From an uncultured Bacilli bacterium (lineage in GTDB: Bacteria; Bacillota_I; Bacilli_A; RF39; UBA660), in the NCBI GenBank assembly GCA_934101185.1, contig CAKOQD010000003.1, positions 855-64,854 on the forward strand: DNA of 64,000 bases, in the 5' to 3' direction. The position numbers and the translations under genes are program-made. The notes below the pieces were generated by a model. That model saw nothing but the letters and a program-made list of their open reading frames with translations. It had not been told where the DNA came from and did not search any database. Below, piece by piece: positions 46,852 to 56,383 of the stretch; positions within the stretch are counted from its first letter, which is position 1; every line of letters starts with the position of its first letter.

Positions 46852-47619
46852 TTATGAATTTATTAATTGTTCTATTTTTTTATTATATTCAAATCTATAA
46901 TGATTGGTAATAGTCATATCTGTTGTTTCTAGAATATCTTCTTCTTTTGATTTTTGTTTATTATCATATAGATGAATTATATATGGTATACCGTTTTTGT
47001 TTATTTTATCGGAAATTATTGCTATATGGGAATTGTAATCAAATACTATTATATCACCTGGTTGGAACGAACCAATTTCATATATGTCTGTTGTTAAGTC
47101 TTTAGCGTATCTTTCGAAAAATATTTGTTGATTGGTTATTCTTCTAAAGTCTATGTTGTCATCTCTTATTTCTATATTATAAGTGTTCTCTTTTGATTTT
47201 TGAGTCTTTTTTATATCTTTTGATATAAGTTCTTTTAAATCATATCCTGCTTCTTTTAAGGCCCATGATATTAAATCTGCACTTATCCCTTCGGTTTCAG
47301 GTGGATAACCACCATCATAGTATTTACTTACATACTTAGGATTTCTTTCTGCTACTTTTTTAGCACCATTTAGAATATCGGTGTAATCATCTATTTTATT
47401 TTGATTATAATCATTGGCACTTTTTTCGTAAACAAATCCAAAATCATATAGTTTGTAATATTCTTTTTTCTCGGTTGTATTTGGTGTTGTTTTTCTTTCA
47501 ATGTGGTATAAATAGTTTATACCCTCACATGAAATTATTATTACTAGTATTCCAATTATTAAAAACATGAATTTTTTCTTTACTTCTTTTTTAATTCTTA
47601 GTTTTTTCTTCTTTTTCAT
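46852..47619 (-). CDS. DUF1287-family protein with N-terminal TM anchor
   Basis: 255 aa. GISADLISWALKEAGYDL..., NIDFRRITNQQIFFERY, FQPGDIIVFD...HIAIISD...IIH fit DUF1287 as I recall it. Confidence 0.6.
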   Translation of the reverse strand: MKKKKKLRIKKEVKKKFMFLIIGILVIIISCEGINYLYHIERKTTPNTTEKKEYYKLYDFGFVYEKSANDYNQNKIDDYTDILNGAKKVAERNPKYVSKYYDGGYPPETEGISADLISWALKEAGYDLKELISKDIKKTQKSKENTYNIEIRDDNIDFRRITNQQIFFERYAKDLTTDIYEIGSFQPGDIIVFDYNSHIAIISDKINKNGIPYIIHLYDNKQKSKEEDILETTDMTITNHYRFEYNKKIEQLINS

Positions 47620-47629
47620 AGCTATTCCT

Positions 47630-49573
47630 TTATTTTAATTTTAATTCAAATATAATATCACGTAATTGCATAGCACGTTCGAAGTCTAAGTTCTTTGCTG
47701 CTTCTTTCATTTCTTCTTCCAATTTTTCTATGCTTACGTTTTCCATTATATCATCTTTTTCTGGTTTTGAATAGTTTTCTTCTTCTGTATTAGATATTAA
47801 TTCTCTAATTTCTTTTTTTATTGTTTTTGGAATAATGTTATGTTCTTTGTTGTATTGTTCTTGAATTGTACGTCTTCTTTTTGTTTCTTCGATTGCTGAT
47901 TTCATGCTATCGGTCATTTTATCAGCATACATTATTACATGACCATTTTCATTTCTTGCGCATCTTCCTATTGTTTGAATAAGACTTCTTGTTGAACGTA
48001 GGAATCCTTCTTTATCTGCATCTAGTATTGCTATTAGGCTTACTTCAGGAATGTCTAATCCTTCACGCAATAGATTTATTCCTACGATACAGTCATATGT
48101 CCCTAGTCTTAATTCTCTTATTGTTTTTAATCTATCTAGTGTTTTTACTTCTGAATGAAGGTATGCTACTTTTATGTCAAGTTCTTTTAAGTAGTTTGTT
48201 AATTCTTCAGCCATTCTTATTGTTAGAGTGGTTATTAATACCCTTTCATTTTTTTCTATTCTAGATTTTATTTCTCCGACTAGATCATCTATTTGTCCAA
48301 GTGATGGTTTTATTTCAATAGTTGGGTCTAATAAGCCTGTTGGTCTTATTATTTGATCTACTTTATTTTGTGCTAATTCTAGTTCATAGTCTCCAGGTGT
48401 TGCTGATATATATATTGCTTGGTTTATCTTTTTCTCGAATTCGTCGAATTTTAATGGTCTATTATCGAGTGCACTTGGTAGTCTAAAACCATATTCTACT
48501 AATGTTGTTTTTCTTGCTCTATCCCCGTTATACATTCCTCTTACTTGAGGTAATGTTACATGTGATTCATCTATTACTAAAAGAAAGTCTTTAGGGAAGA
48601 AGTCAATTAATGTATTAGGTGTTTCTCCTTCTTTTCTTCCTCCTAAGTGTCTTGAGTAGTTTTCAATACCACTGCAGAATCCTGTTTCTTTCATCATTTC
48701 TATGTCATATTTTGTTCTTTGTTCAATTCGTTGATATTCTAATAGTTTATTATTTTCTTTAAAGTATTCTAATCTTTCTTCTAATTCTTTTTCTATTCTT
48801 TTAATTGCTTCTTGTAGTTTGTCTTCGCTTGTTACAAAGTGACTGGCTGGAAATATGGATACGTTCTTTTTTGATGAAATTATTTTTCCTGTTATTGCAT
48901 CTGTTTCTAATATTTTATCTATTTCATCACCGAATAATTCTATTCTAATTGCTTTTGAGTGCTCATTTGTAGGTATTATTTCTATTATGTCTCCATGAAC
49001 TCTAAAAGTTCCTCTTTTAAAGTCTATATCATTTCTTTCATATAACATATCGATTAATTTCATTAATAATTGATTTCTTTCTATTGTTTGACCAACACTT
49101 AATGTAAGCATGTTTTTTTCATATTCTTCTTTTTCTCCGATACCATATATACATGATACTGATGCTACCACTATTACATCTTTTGATGATAAAAGGGCAC
49201 TTGTTGCAGCATGTCTTAGTTCATCTATTTCATCATTTATTGATGAATCTTTTTCAATGTATGTATCTGTTTGAGGTTTATAGGCTTCTGGTTGATAATA
49301 GTCGTAATATGATACAAAGTATTCAACATGGTTTTCTGGAAATAGTTCTTTTAATTCAGAGTATAGTTGTCCCGCTAATGTTTTGTTGTGTGCTAGTACT
49401 AATGTCGGTTTGTTTGTTTCTTTTATAACATTTGCTATTGTAAATGTTTTACCAGTTCCTGTTGCTCCTAGTAAAACTTGATGTTTCAATCCTTTGTTTA
49501 CTCCGTCTACTAAGCTTTTGATCGCTTGTGGTTGATCACCACTTGGTTGAAATTTAGAGTGTAATTTAAACAT
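47630..49573 (-). CDS. uvrB: Excinuclease ABC subunit B
   Basis: 647 aa. [21 protein letters not shown], helicase motifs, and the C-terminal UVR domain [22 protein letters not shown]. Confidence 0.97.
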   Translation of the reverse strand: MFKLHSKFQPSGDQPQAIKSLVDGVNKGLKHQVLLGATGTGKTFTIANVIKETNKPTLVLAHNKTLAGQLYSELKELFPENHVEYFVSYYDYYQPEAYKPQTDTYIEKDSSINDEIDELRHAATSALLSSKDVIVVASVSCIYGIGEKEEYEKNMLTLSVGQTIERNQLLMKLIDMLYERNDIDFKRGTFRVHGDIIEIIPTNEHSKAIRIELFGDEIDKILETDAITGKIISSKKNVSIFPASHFVTSEDKLQEAIKRIEKELEERLEYFKENNKLLEYQRIEQRTKYDIEMMKETGFCSGIENYSRHLGGRKEGETPNTLIDFFPKDFLLVIDESHVTLPQVRGMYNGDRARKTTLVEYGFRLPSALDNRPLKFDEFEKKINQAIYISATPGDYELELAQNKVDQIIRPTGLLDPTIEIKPSLGQIDDLVGEIKSRIEKNERVLITTLTIRMAEELTNYLKELDIKVAYLHSEVKTLDRLKTIRELRLGTYDCIVGINLLREGLDIPEVSLIAILDADKEGFLRSTRSLIQTIGRCARNENGHVIMYADKMTDSMKSAIEETKRRRTIQEQYNKEHNIIPKTIKKEIRELISNTEEENYSKPEKDDIMENVSIEKLEEEMKEAAKNLDFERAMQLRDIIFELKLK

Positions 49574-49640
49574 AGTATTCCTCCTTTTGCAATACTATTA
49601 TAATACACGAATGATTATTTGTAAATAAAGTTTATGATTA

Positions 49641-50489
49641 TCATTTTTTATTGCTTAGTAAATATGCTTTGTATGAGTTTTCTAAGAACATTGCTATGGT
49701 TGCTGGCCCTACTCCTTTTGGCACTGATGTTATATAAGATACTTTGTCTTTAACATCTTCAAAGTCAACATCTCCACATAGTTTTCCGTTTTCATCTTTA
49801 TTTATTCCAACATCTATTATTATAGCATCTTTTTTGATATAGTCTTTAGTTATAAGTTTTGGTCTTCCTATAGCACTTATTAGTATATCAGCTTTATTTG
49901 TAATTTTTTTTACATCTTTAGTTTTAGAATGACATAATGTTACTGTTGCATTACTGTTAGTTAATAGTAAAGAAAGTGGTTTTCCAACAATATCACTTCT
50001 TCCTAAAATTACGATATTTTTCTCTTTAATATCTATTTTATATAACTCTAAAAGTTTTAATATTCCAATTGGTGTACATGGCGCTAATGTATAGTTATTG
50101 TTGTACAGTTTTATTATGTTTGAGTCAGTTAATCCATCTATATCTTTGTTTTCATCTATTGCATTAACAATTATTTTTTGATTTAAATGTTTTGGAAGAG
50201 GTAATTGAACCATGATTCCATCTATTTCTTTATCTTTATTTAATGCATTTATTTTTTTTATAATTTCTTGTTCTTTAGTTTCTCCTTGTAATTTAATATG
50301 ATTTATTAATATGTTAATTTCTTGTTCTAATTTCTTTTTTTGGTTTATGTAGATAGTACTAGATTCATTGTTTCCAACTTGAATGATTGCTATTTTAATT
50401 GGTCTTGGTAATGATTTTGTTTTTTCTTTTAAGTCTCTTATTATTTTTTCTTTTAACTTATTTCCTTCGATTAGTATCATATTATTCAC
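49641..50489 (-). CDS. folD: Bifunctional methylenetetrahydrofolate dehydrogenase/cyclohydrolase
   Basis: 282 aa. VQLPLPKHL, PCTPIGI, ILGRSDIVGKPL, GVGPATIAMFLEN. Confidence 0.93.
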   Translation of the reverse strand: MNNMILIEGNKLKEKIIRDLKEKTKSLPRPIKIAIIQVGNNESSTIYINQKKKLEQEINILINHIKLQGETKEQEIIKKINALNKDKEIDGIMVQLPLPKHLNQKIIVNAIDENKDIDGLTDSNIIKLYNNNYTLAPCTPIGILKLLELYKIDIKEKNIVILGRSDIVGKPLSLLLTNSNATVTLCHSKTKDVKKITNKADILISAIGRPKLITKDYIKKDAIIIDVGINKDENGKLCGDVDFEDVKDKVSYITSVPKGVGPATIAMFLENSYKAYLLSNKK

Positions 50490-50556
50490 GTTTATTGTCT
50501 TTTTTATTTTAGACTAGTTCCTTTCTTTTGATTTTAAAAAGTTATTAACAAAATTG

Positions 50557-51789
50557 TTAATAACTTTGTGGCATTAATGATTCAAAAATTGTTGATAACT
50601 TCTCAAATCCTTTATTTTGTAATAGCTTTGTTGCAATATCTTGCATTTGTTTTTCTGTTAAGTCTTCATATTTTACTGAATCTTTTATTTCTTTTTTATT
50701 TATTGTTGGATTTTTTTCTTCCTTATTTGTTATGTTTATTGTAGCATTTCCTAATCCAATAAGTGATGCTTCAATTGAGATTTTTTCTTTATCTTTTATA
50801 ATAGTTCCTTTAGATATTATTACATCTTCTTGTTTTATTTTAAAGTCATATTTATCTTTGTGTTTTGTGACTGCTATATTATAGGTTTCTTCATCTTGTT
50901 TTAATTCTACTTCATATCTAACTACTTCTTTTAAAATTCCCTTACAATAGATAGACACTGTCATAGTAGTTCCGCTTTGATTATCGAATGATATTTCATC
51001 AATTAAGCCTTCTATTTCTTCTTTTGTGTTTTTAGTTTCTGATATAGAGTTGAATGCTTTAATGAATTCTTGATCATCTTTTAGATATGTTAAAAAGTCT
51101 TTTGATATTTTTGCTAGTTTTTCATCATTTAATTCCATTGATATTTTTGTTGTTTTTGTCTTTTTATCATCAATTGTAATTGTTTTGTTTTCTGAAGTTA
51201 AGTATTCTTTTTTTAAAGACTTTTGAAATGCTTTATTAACACTTTTAACAATTACTTTGCTTTCTTTTGTATTTTTTGTTGTATTGAATATATCATCATA
51301 GTCTTCAGATATGTCTACATTTATATACTTATCAAATACTCCAGGTAGTTGTACAAAACTTTTTTTGTCTTGCATGTAGATATTTGCATCAATTAATTTT
51401 TCATTTTTATATGTTGTTTTTAATTCTGTTTGTAATATTTTGTTTTCTGTATCCATTTTGTAGTTGGCAACCACTGATAGACCATTAAAGGCATCAATCA
51501 TTTCTTTCAATGTTGAATCAGTCGATTCAATGTTATAGTCAATTTCTAAATTACCTGATATTTTTTTTATTTTTTCTTGTTTTTCTATTTGTTCTGTTAT
51601 ATTTTCTGTTAGTTTATTTGCATTGTACTTTATTGCTAGTAATGGATTGCTATTGATGTAGAAGTAGATTATTACTGCTCCTACTATCAATAGTATTACT
51701 ACCGATAGTAATATTAATAGTAATTTACTTTTCTTTTTATTTTTTTCAAAGCTTACTATTTCATTACCCATTATTTCATTATTTTCCAT
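50557..51789 (-). CDS. Hypothetical membrane-anchored 410-aa protein
   Basis: Single N-terminal TM (LLLILLSVVILLIVGAVIIYFYI) and a K/E/T/I-rich extracytoplasmic body. No family recognised. Confidence 0.6.
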   Translation of the reverse strand: MENNEIMGNEIVSFEKNKKKSKLLLILLSVVILLIVGAVIIYFYINSNPLLAIKYNANKLTENITEQIEKQEKIKKISGNLEIDYNIESTDSTLKEMIDAFNGLSVVANYKMDTENKILQTELKTTYKNEKLIDANIYMQDKKSFVQLPGVFDKYINVDISEDYDDIFNTTKNTKESKVIVKSVNKAFQKSLKKEYLTSENKTITIDDKKTKTTKISMELNDEKLAKISKDFLTYLKDDQEFIKAFNSISETKNTKEEIEGLIDEISFDNQSGTTMTVSIYCKGILKEVVRYEVELKQDEETYNIAVTKHKDKYDFKIKQEDVIISKGTIIKDKEKISIEASLIGLGNATINITNKEEKNPTINKKEIKDSVKYEDLTEKQMQDIATKLLQNKGFEKLSTIFESLMPQSY

Positions 51790-51866
51790 ATTAAAAAACT
51801 CCTTCTCTCTTATTTTCTGCCTTTATTTTATCATATAATTATTAGGTTTGCAAGTAATCATTCATA

Positions 51867-51894
51867 TAAAAAGAAGAGGTTTTACTCTTCTTCA
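51867..51894 (-). terminator. Rho-independent terminator after hpf
   Basis: Minus-strand AGAAGAG-(6 nt)-CTCTTCT followed by TTTTAT. It overlaps the hpf stop. Confidence 0.65.
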
Positions 51895-52418
51895 ATTAAA
51901 CCATAATCTTTGTTTTTCCTTTTATAAATTACTGCGAACTTATTTGTATCAATGTCTTTGAATAGATAAAAGTCATGTCCTAAAAGTTCCATCTGAAGAA
52001 TAGCTTCTTCTTCATCCATTGGTTTTAGTTCTACTTGTTTTCTTTTTATAATTTTATTTTCATCTTCTTCAACATTAAAGTTTGAAAAATCATAATCTAG
52101 GTTAAAATCACTTTTTTCTTTTTGTTTTTTGCTATTAATTCTTGTTTTATTTTTTATTATTTGTCTTTCTAATTTATCAATAGCAGTATCTATTGTAGCA
52201 TAGAAATCTTCTCCTGTTTCTTCTACTCTTAATGTGTATTTTTTAAGTGGAATTGTGATTTCTACTTTTTGTTTTACTCCTTGTTTTTTGAATAAAATAT
52301 TACTTTGTACTTGTTCTTCTTGTTCCAAGTACTTTGAGAGTTTATTTATTTTGTTTGATGCGTATTCTTTCATCGCATTTGTTATTTCAAGTTTTTCTCC
52401 TCTTATTTTTAAATTCAT
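51882..52418 (-). CDS. hpf: Ribosome hibernation promoting factor (long form)
   Basis: Preferred start is MNLKIRGEKLEITNAMKEYA at ATG 52418 (SD AGGAGGA); the track ORF is extended 27 codons upstream. The C-terminal dimerisation domain reads KPMDEEEAILQMELLGHDFYLFKD. Confidence 0.92.
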   Translation of the reverse strand: MNLKIRGEKLEITNAMKEYASNKINKLSKYLEQEEQVQSNILFKKQGVKQKVEITIPLKKYTLRVEETGEDFYATIDTAIDKLERQIIKNKTRINSKKQKEKSDFNLDYDFSNFNVEEDENKIIKRKQVELKPMDEEEAILQMELLGHDFYLFKDIDTNKFAVIYKRKNKDYGLIEEE

Positions 52419-52497
52419 AATATCATCCTCCTGATAACATTTTAACATTTTTTTTAAACGAAATAAATAGTTTAGAAATAGTTTGACTTTTTTTGAC

Positions 52498-52532
52498 ATA
52501 ATAAAATCGAGCTATAAGCCACAACTCGATTT
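52498..52532 (-). terminator. Terminator-like hairpin after csp
   Basis: AAATCGAG (52504-52511) / CTCGATTT (52525-52532) with a 13-nt loop and a U-rich tail on the minus strand. Confidence 0.5.
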
Positions 52533-52551
52533 TACAATATATTTGATCCAA

Positions 52552-52773
52552 CTATATGGGCATTGGTTCTTTTTGCTTAATAACTATAACATTAACTGCT
52601 TGAAGTCCTTTACCTGTTTCTACTATTTGGAATGTAACATAGTCACCTTCATTAAGAGTCTTATATCCTTCCATTTTAATAGCAGAATAATGAACAAATA
52701 CATCTTCATTAGGTTTGTAATCAATGAAACCAAATCCTTTTTCATTGTTAAACCACTTTACAAAACCTGTCAT
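52552..52773 (-). CDS. Cold-shock protein (CSD)
   Basis: 73 aa. [15 protein letters not shown] (RNP1) and VFVHYSAI (RNP2). Confidence 0.93.
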   Translation of the reverse strand: MTGFVKWFNNEKGFGFIDYKPNEDVFVHYSAIKMEGYKTLNEGDYVTFQIVETGKGLQAVNVIVIKQKEPMPI

Positions 52774-52879
52774 TTTTTCACCTCTCCTTCCCTACCAAAT
52801 ATTTTTACTACTTTTTACTTCTGATACAGGGTGTTTTATCTTATGTGTGCTATTTAATAGTATCACAAATATGACAGAT

Positions 52880-53620
52880 TTATAATTTTGTACCTTGTTT
52901 GGTAAAATTTATGTCTTGTTCGGTAAGAACTTTTAGTAATTCCTTCTTTTTGTCTCTTGAAATCATACTTGTTTGATGATGATTAGTAAAACTTATTATT
53001 CCATTTACGTGGTCATACGTTTTTATTTCTTTTATATTAACAAAAACGCTTCTATGTACCATTATGAAATTTTCATTAAGTTTTGTCTTAATATTATTTA
53101 GTGTTTCTTTAATTATGTATTTTTTATTTTTACATATAATTTGAGTATATTTTGAATTTTGTAGCTTTTCTATACAGACAATATCAGAGAGTGGTATTAA
53201 AAATAATACTCCATTTTGTTTAAACCAAAACATGCTGGAGTCTTGTATATACATTTTATTTAACTCTTTAATTGTCATTACCAAATTTGTTGGCATATTA
53301 TAGCTTTCTAGTATAGTAGTCATAACATTATATTTTGGTAACTCAAAGCCTTTTTCAAAATTAATGATAATAATATATGACTGATAATCATCTCTTTCCT
53401 TTCTTATATAATCAACAATTAATTCTGCATTTATTAATGAGTTATTTTCAATTATATAAATATTTCTTGTTCTATTATTTTCAACATACTCCTTCATATT
53501 ATTAATATCATCGAATTTATAACTATGATATTCTATTTTTGAACCTAGTAACGATTCACTTATCACACCTTCATACCCCTTTATATTCTTTTCACTACTA
53601 CCTAAAATAATGAAGTCCAT
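52880..53620 (-). CDS. LytTR-family DNA-binding regulator with degenerate (pseudo-)receiver N-domain
   Basis: 246 aa. The C-terminal LytTR pattern is FLIPLSDIVCIEKLQNSKYTQIICKNKKYIIKETLNNIKTKL..NFIMVHRSVFVNIKEI. The N-domain has receiver-like topology, but MDFIILGSSE replaces the usual acidic DD/DE pocket and IYIIENNS replaces the phospho-Asp segment. Confidence 0.75.
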   Translation of the reverse strand: MDFIILGSSEKNIKGYEGVISESLLGSKIEYHSYKFDDINNMKEYVENNRTRNIYIIENNSLINAELIVDYIRKERDDYQSYIIIINFEKGFELPKYNVMTTILESYNMPTNLVMTIKELNKMYIQDSSMFWFKQNGVLFLIPLSDIVCIEKLQNSKYTQIICKNKKYIIKETLNNIKTKLNENFIMVHRSVFVNIKEIKTYDHVNGIISFTNHHQTSMISRDKKKELLKVLTEQDINFTKQGTKL

Positions 53621-53675
53621 AACTTTCTCCTGACTAAATTTTTTATTTTTTTTATAATTAAAATAGTTTTAATTA

Positions 53676-53927
53676 CTACTTAATTATTTTGATGAATGCT
53701 TGTTTATGGAAAGTATTTATACTTCTAACTGAATAGCGACCATGTGTTTTTCCATATTTCCTGAAATCCATGGTGTCCGCTATAAATGTTAGGTTTTGCT
53801 TGTACCAATAAATTCTTATTATAATTTCTTTTTCATAATCAGCTAATCCTTTTTGATCGCATAAATCTTCTAACTCTTGTAATGAAGTTCTAACAATTAA
53901 AGTTCCTACTCCTAGTCTTTTTGGCAT
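53676..53927 (-). CDS. Small (83 aa) sigma-70 region-4-like HTH protein
   Basis: LADYEKEIIIRIYWYKQNLTFIADTM...RYSVRSINTFHKQAFIKI resembles the sigma region 4 / LuxR-type HTH (L..rE..vi.l.y....s..eIA......S..tv.....A..Kl) with an inserted loop. It overlaps the upstream gene by 16 nt. Confidence 0.5.
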   Translation of the reverse strand: MPKRLGVGTLIVRTSLQELEDLCDQKGLADYEKEIIIRIYWYKQNLTFIADTMDFRKYGKTHGRYSVRSINTFHKQAFIKIIK

Positions 53928-54364
53928 ACCTCATCTTCCTTTACTACTATATAATGCATGTATATTGATAACATAACTCCCATAAGTACACATAAGAAAA
54001 CACTTATATATATACTAGGAATCAACCATGTTATCAAGAAAAATAAAGTCCAAGTAAATGTTGTACATGTTATTGTTGAATTCAAATGAAATGTTTCTCC
54101 TAAAAAACTTCTTGTAAAGAAAAAACCTATTAAGAAAAATGCTAACTCTGCAAATGCATCATTGAAATAAGCAATTACAAATACTCCAATTGTTTGAAAT
54201 AGTTGCAATGGTATAGTAATTGCATAAAATATTATATTTTCAATGGTCTTTTCTAGTTTGGATGCTGTTTCTTGTGAAAAGTTTTCTATTGTGGTTGTGT
54301 CATTAAACCAAATTCCATTTTTCTTTTTTCTAGCATTCTTTTTTTGTTTTTGTTTTTCTTCCAT
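53912..54364 (-). CDS. Four-TM membrane protein, weakly AgrB-like
   Basis: 150 aa with strong SD AAGGGGG. Between TM2 and TM3 is FTRSFLGETFHLNSTITC. The His and Cys are 7 residues apart, preceded by R...G, as in S. aureus AgrB (RRHAHGAHAPSSFWC, H77/C84) from memory. It is shorter than typical AgrB. Confidence 0.35.
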   Translation of the reverse strand: MEEKQKQKKNARKKKNGIWFNDTTTIENFSQETASKLEKTIENIIFYAITIPLQLFQTIGVFVIAYFNDAFAELAFFLIGFFFTRSFLGETFHLNSTITCTTFTWTLFFLITWLIPSIYISVFLCVLMGVMLSIYMHYIVVKEDEVCQKD

Positions 54365-54507
54365 AATATTACCCCCTTACTATAGATGAATGTGTAAATA
54401 ATAGTAGGACCCATGAACTATTATTTACATTGAATTATTTAGCTAATTTCTTAGCTATTTTCTTGGCAAAGTTGCTTTCATTTTCGAATTGTCCCCACCA
54501 TAGTACA

Positions 54508-55128
54508 CTATGACCCACTTATTTCTCTCCTTTTTGTTAAATAAATTTCTTTTGCTAATATAACTATCGACATGATTATTACTAAATCAAATCCCAAAAT
54601 TATTTGTGTTGCGTTATTTGTTGAAGCAAAGTCTATAAATCTCGCTTTGTAAAGATAGCAAATGTATTGTATTATTACATCTACTATGTATGAGATTATT
54701 GCATACATAATATACTTGTTTTTTCGGCCGGAATATAAATAGCAAAATACCAATAAATAAAGTATTATAAATATTTGGTTGGCTAAATATCCAAATTCTG
54801 TGTATGTAACTATGTTTAATATTAAGTATAATATAGAATATGGAAATATTTTTTTAAATTCTTTTACTCTAAATACTAGAAATACTAACATATAAAAATT
54901 TAACAGTACCATCAGATATGAAGCAAAATATTCAAGTACTTTGTGTGAATTAATTTTTTGTAGATTATCTACAGTTATTTTATAATAAGGCAAACCTAGA
55001 CTGTCCAGCGCTGTATTAACAACAATCAGACATACCATTATTATAAATAACCATATTGCTACTTTTGCAACTTTTTCATTAACACCTAACCATTTTAAAA
55101 AATCTTTCATAAACAACCACATCTCCAA
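54508..55128 (-). CDS. Six-TM membrane protein of unknown function (first gene of the LytTR module)
   Basis: 206-aa ORF. The start is uncertain (TTG 55128, ATG 55122 or ATG 55110). About 6 hydrophobic helices and no soluble domain. No kinase or ATPase motifs. Confidence 0.55.
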   Translation of the reverse strand: MEMWLFMKDFLKWLGVNEKVAKVAIWLFIIMVCLIVVNTALDSLGLPYYKITVDNLQKINSHKVLEYFASYLMVLLNFYMLVFLVFRVKEFKKIFPYSILYLILNIVTYTEFGYLANQIFIILYLLVFCYLYSGRKNKYIMYAIISYIVDVIIQYICYLYKARFIDFASTNNATQIILGFDLVIIMSIVILAKEIYLTKRREISGS

Positions 55129-55157
55129 TATAACACAGATTAAAATATCTTTCGCGC

Positions 55158-55193
55158 AATTTTTACAATTTTTTTATTTTTTTTACATTTTTT
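55158..55193 (-). promoter_or_regulatory. Direct repeat pair upstream of the LytTR module (candidate operator)
   Basis: Plus strand TTTTTACAATTTTT (55160-) and TTTTTACATTTTT (55180-), with centres 20 nt apart. They lie 30-65 nt upstream of the first gene. The sequence is low complexity, so the evidence is weak. Confidence 0.25.
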
Positions 55194-55237
55194 GGAAATT
55201 TTTTCCTTTTTTCGATATTATTCTAGCACTTTGTTGA

Positions 55238-55272
55238 GCAAAATAAAAGAGAAAATTGTTATTTTTTCTCTT
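55238..55272 (-). terminator. Rho-independent terminator after tagO
   Basis: 10-bp stem AAAGAGAAAA (55246-55255) / TTTTCTCTTT (55263-55272). The stop codon is in the loop and the downstream tract is U-rich. Confidence 0.65.
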
Positions 55273-56320
55273 TGTTAACCGTTTGTTTATTTTTATCTGA
55301 TATTATTCCTGTTCTAAATACTATCCATAGTATTAATGCTAATATTGTTAGGTATACATATATACCTATTTTTTTATCTCCGATTATATATATTATTGAT
55401 GCGATTGCAAATAATATATTCATTGCATATATTGCTAAGACTGTATTTCTATGTGATAAACCTAAGCTTAATAGTTGGTGGTGTAAGTGGGATTTATCTG
55501 GCATATATATTGGTTGATGTTTTAGACTTCTTCTTATTATTGCAAATAGTGTATCTAGTATTGGTATTCCTAGTATTAATAATGGAACAAATAGAGAAAT
55601 CATTGTAGCAGTTTTGAATCCTAGTAAAGATATTACTGCAATCATGAAGCCTTGAAACATGGAACCTGAGTCTCCGGAAAAGATCTTTGCTGGATAAAAG
55701 TTATGATACAGGAAACCTAGTGTAGAACCTAACATAATAAATGCTAATGTTATATTTAATGCTCCCATTGTTCCTTTGATAAATGCAATTATTCCTATTG
55801 TTAAATAAAATATTGCACATGTTCCGCTTGATAGACCGTCTAGTCCATCAATTAAATTTATTATATTTATACACCCTAGTATAAATAAAACTGTTAATGG
55901 GTATGAAAAGATACCAAAGTTTATGTATAGTCCAAATAGTGTTACCTTGTTTAATAGGATGTTTCCATAAAAAATTACTATACATGCTGCAATTATTTGT
56001 CCAATTAATTTTGTTTTTGCATCAAGTGGTTTTATATCATCTATTACTCCGGTTAAAACTATAATGAAGCTTCCTATTAGTATTGAGTTCATTTGAACAC
56101 TTTGAACTCCAAATAGCATGTAACCAAATAGAAATCCTAAGAATATACCTAATCCTCCAAGTCGTGGCATTGGCTTAGTATGGACTTTTCTTTTATTTGG
56201 AATATCCATTGCTCCGATATGAATGGCTATTTTTTTAATATAGAATGTTATTGCTAATGTAATTGTTAAACATGTTAGTACTATAAATAGTATATGCAAT
56301 TGATTATTAATATCTAGCAT
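55259..56320 (-). CDS. tagO: Undecaprenyl-phosphate N-acetylglucosaminyl-1-phosphate transferase (MraY/WecA/TagO family)
   Basis: 353 aa, polytopic. MDIPNKRKVHTKPMPRLGGLGIF, NLIDGLDGL, FSGDSGSM. Confidence 0.8.
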   Translation of the reverse strand: MLDINNQLHILFIVLTCLTITLAITFYIKKIAIHIGAMDIPNKRKVHTKPMPRLGGLGIFLGFLFGYMLFGVQSVQMNSILIGSFIIVLTGVIDDIKPLDAKTKLIGQIIAACIVIFYGNILLNKVTLFGLYINFGIFSYPLTVLFILGCINIINLIDGLDGLSSGTCAIFYLTIGIIAFIKGTMGALNITLAFIMLGSTLGFLYHNFYPAKIFSGDSGSMFQGFMIAVISLLGFKTATMISLFVPLLILGIPILDTLFAIIRRSLKHQPIYMPDKSHLHHQLLSLGLSHRNTVLAIYAMNILFAIASIIYIIGDKKIGIYVYLTILALILWIVFRTGIISDKNKQTVNKEKK

Positions 56321-56383
56321 TTTATCACCGCCTAAGTTAATTATATCATATTTTTACTTATTTCAACAAAAAAGAACAGGTTG

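Noticed and set aside
54365-54507. Search for an AgrD-like precursor peptide next to the AgrB-like gene. It found only MVGTIRK*, MKATLPRK* and a 43-codon frame MGPTIIYTFIYSKGVILWKKNK... overlapping the downstream SD and start.
   Set aside because: The 7-8 codon ORFs are too short. The 43-codon frame has no SD, overlaps the next gene out of frame, and lacks the amphipathic leader / Cys-containing core / acidic tail organisation of AgrD.
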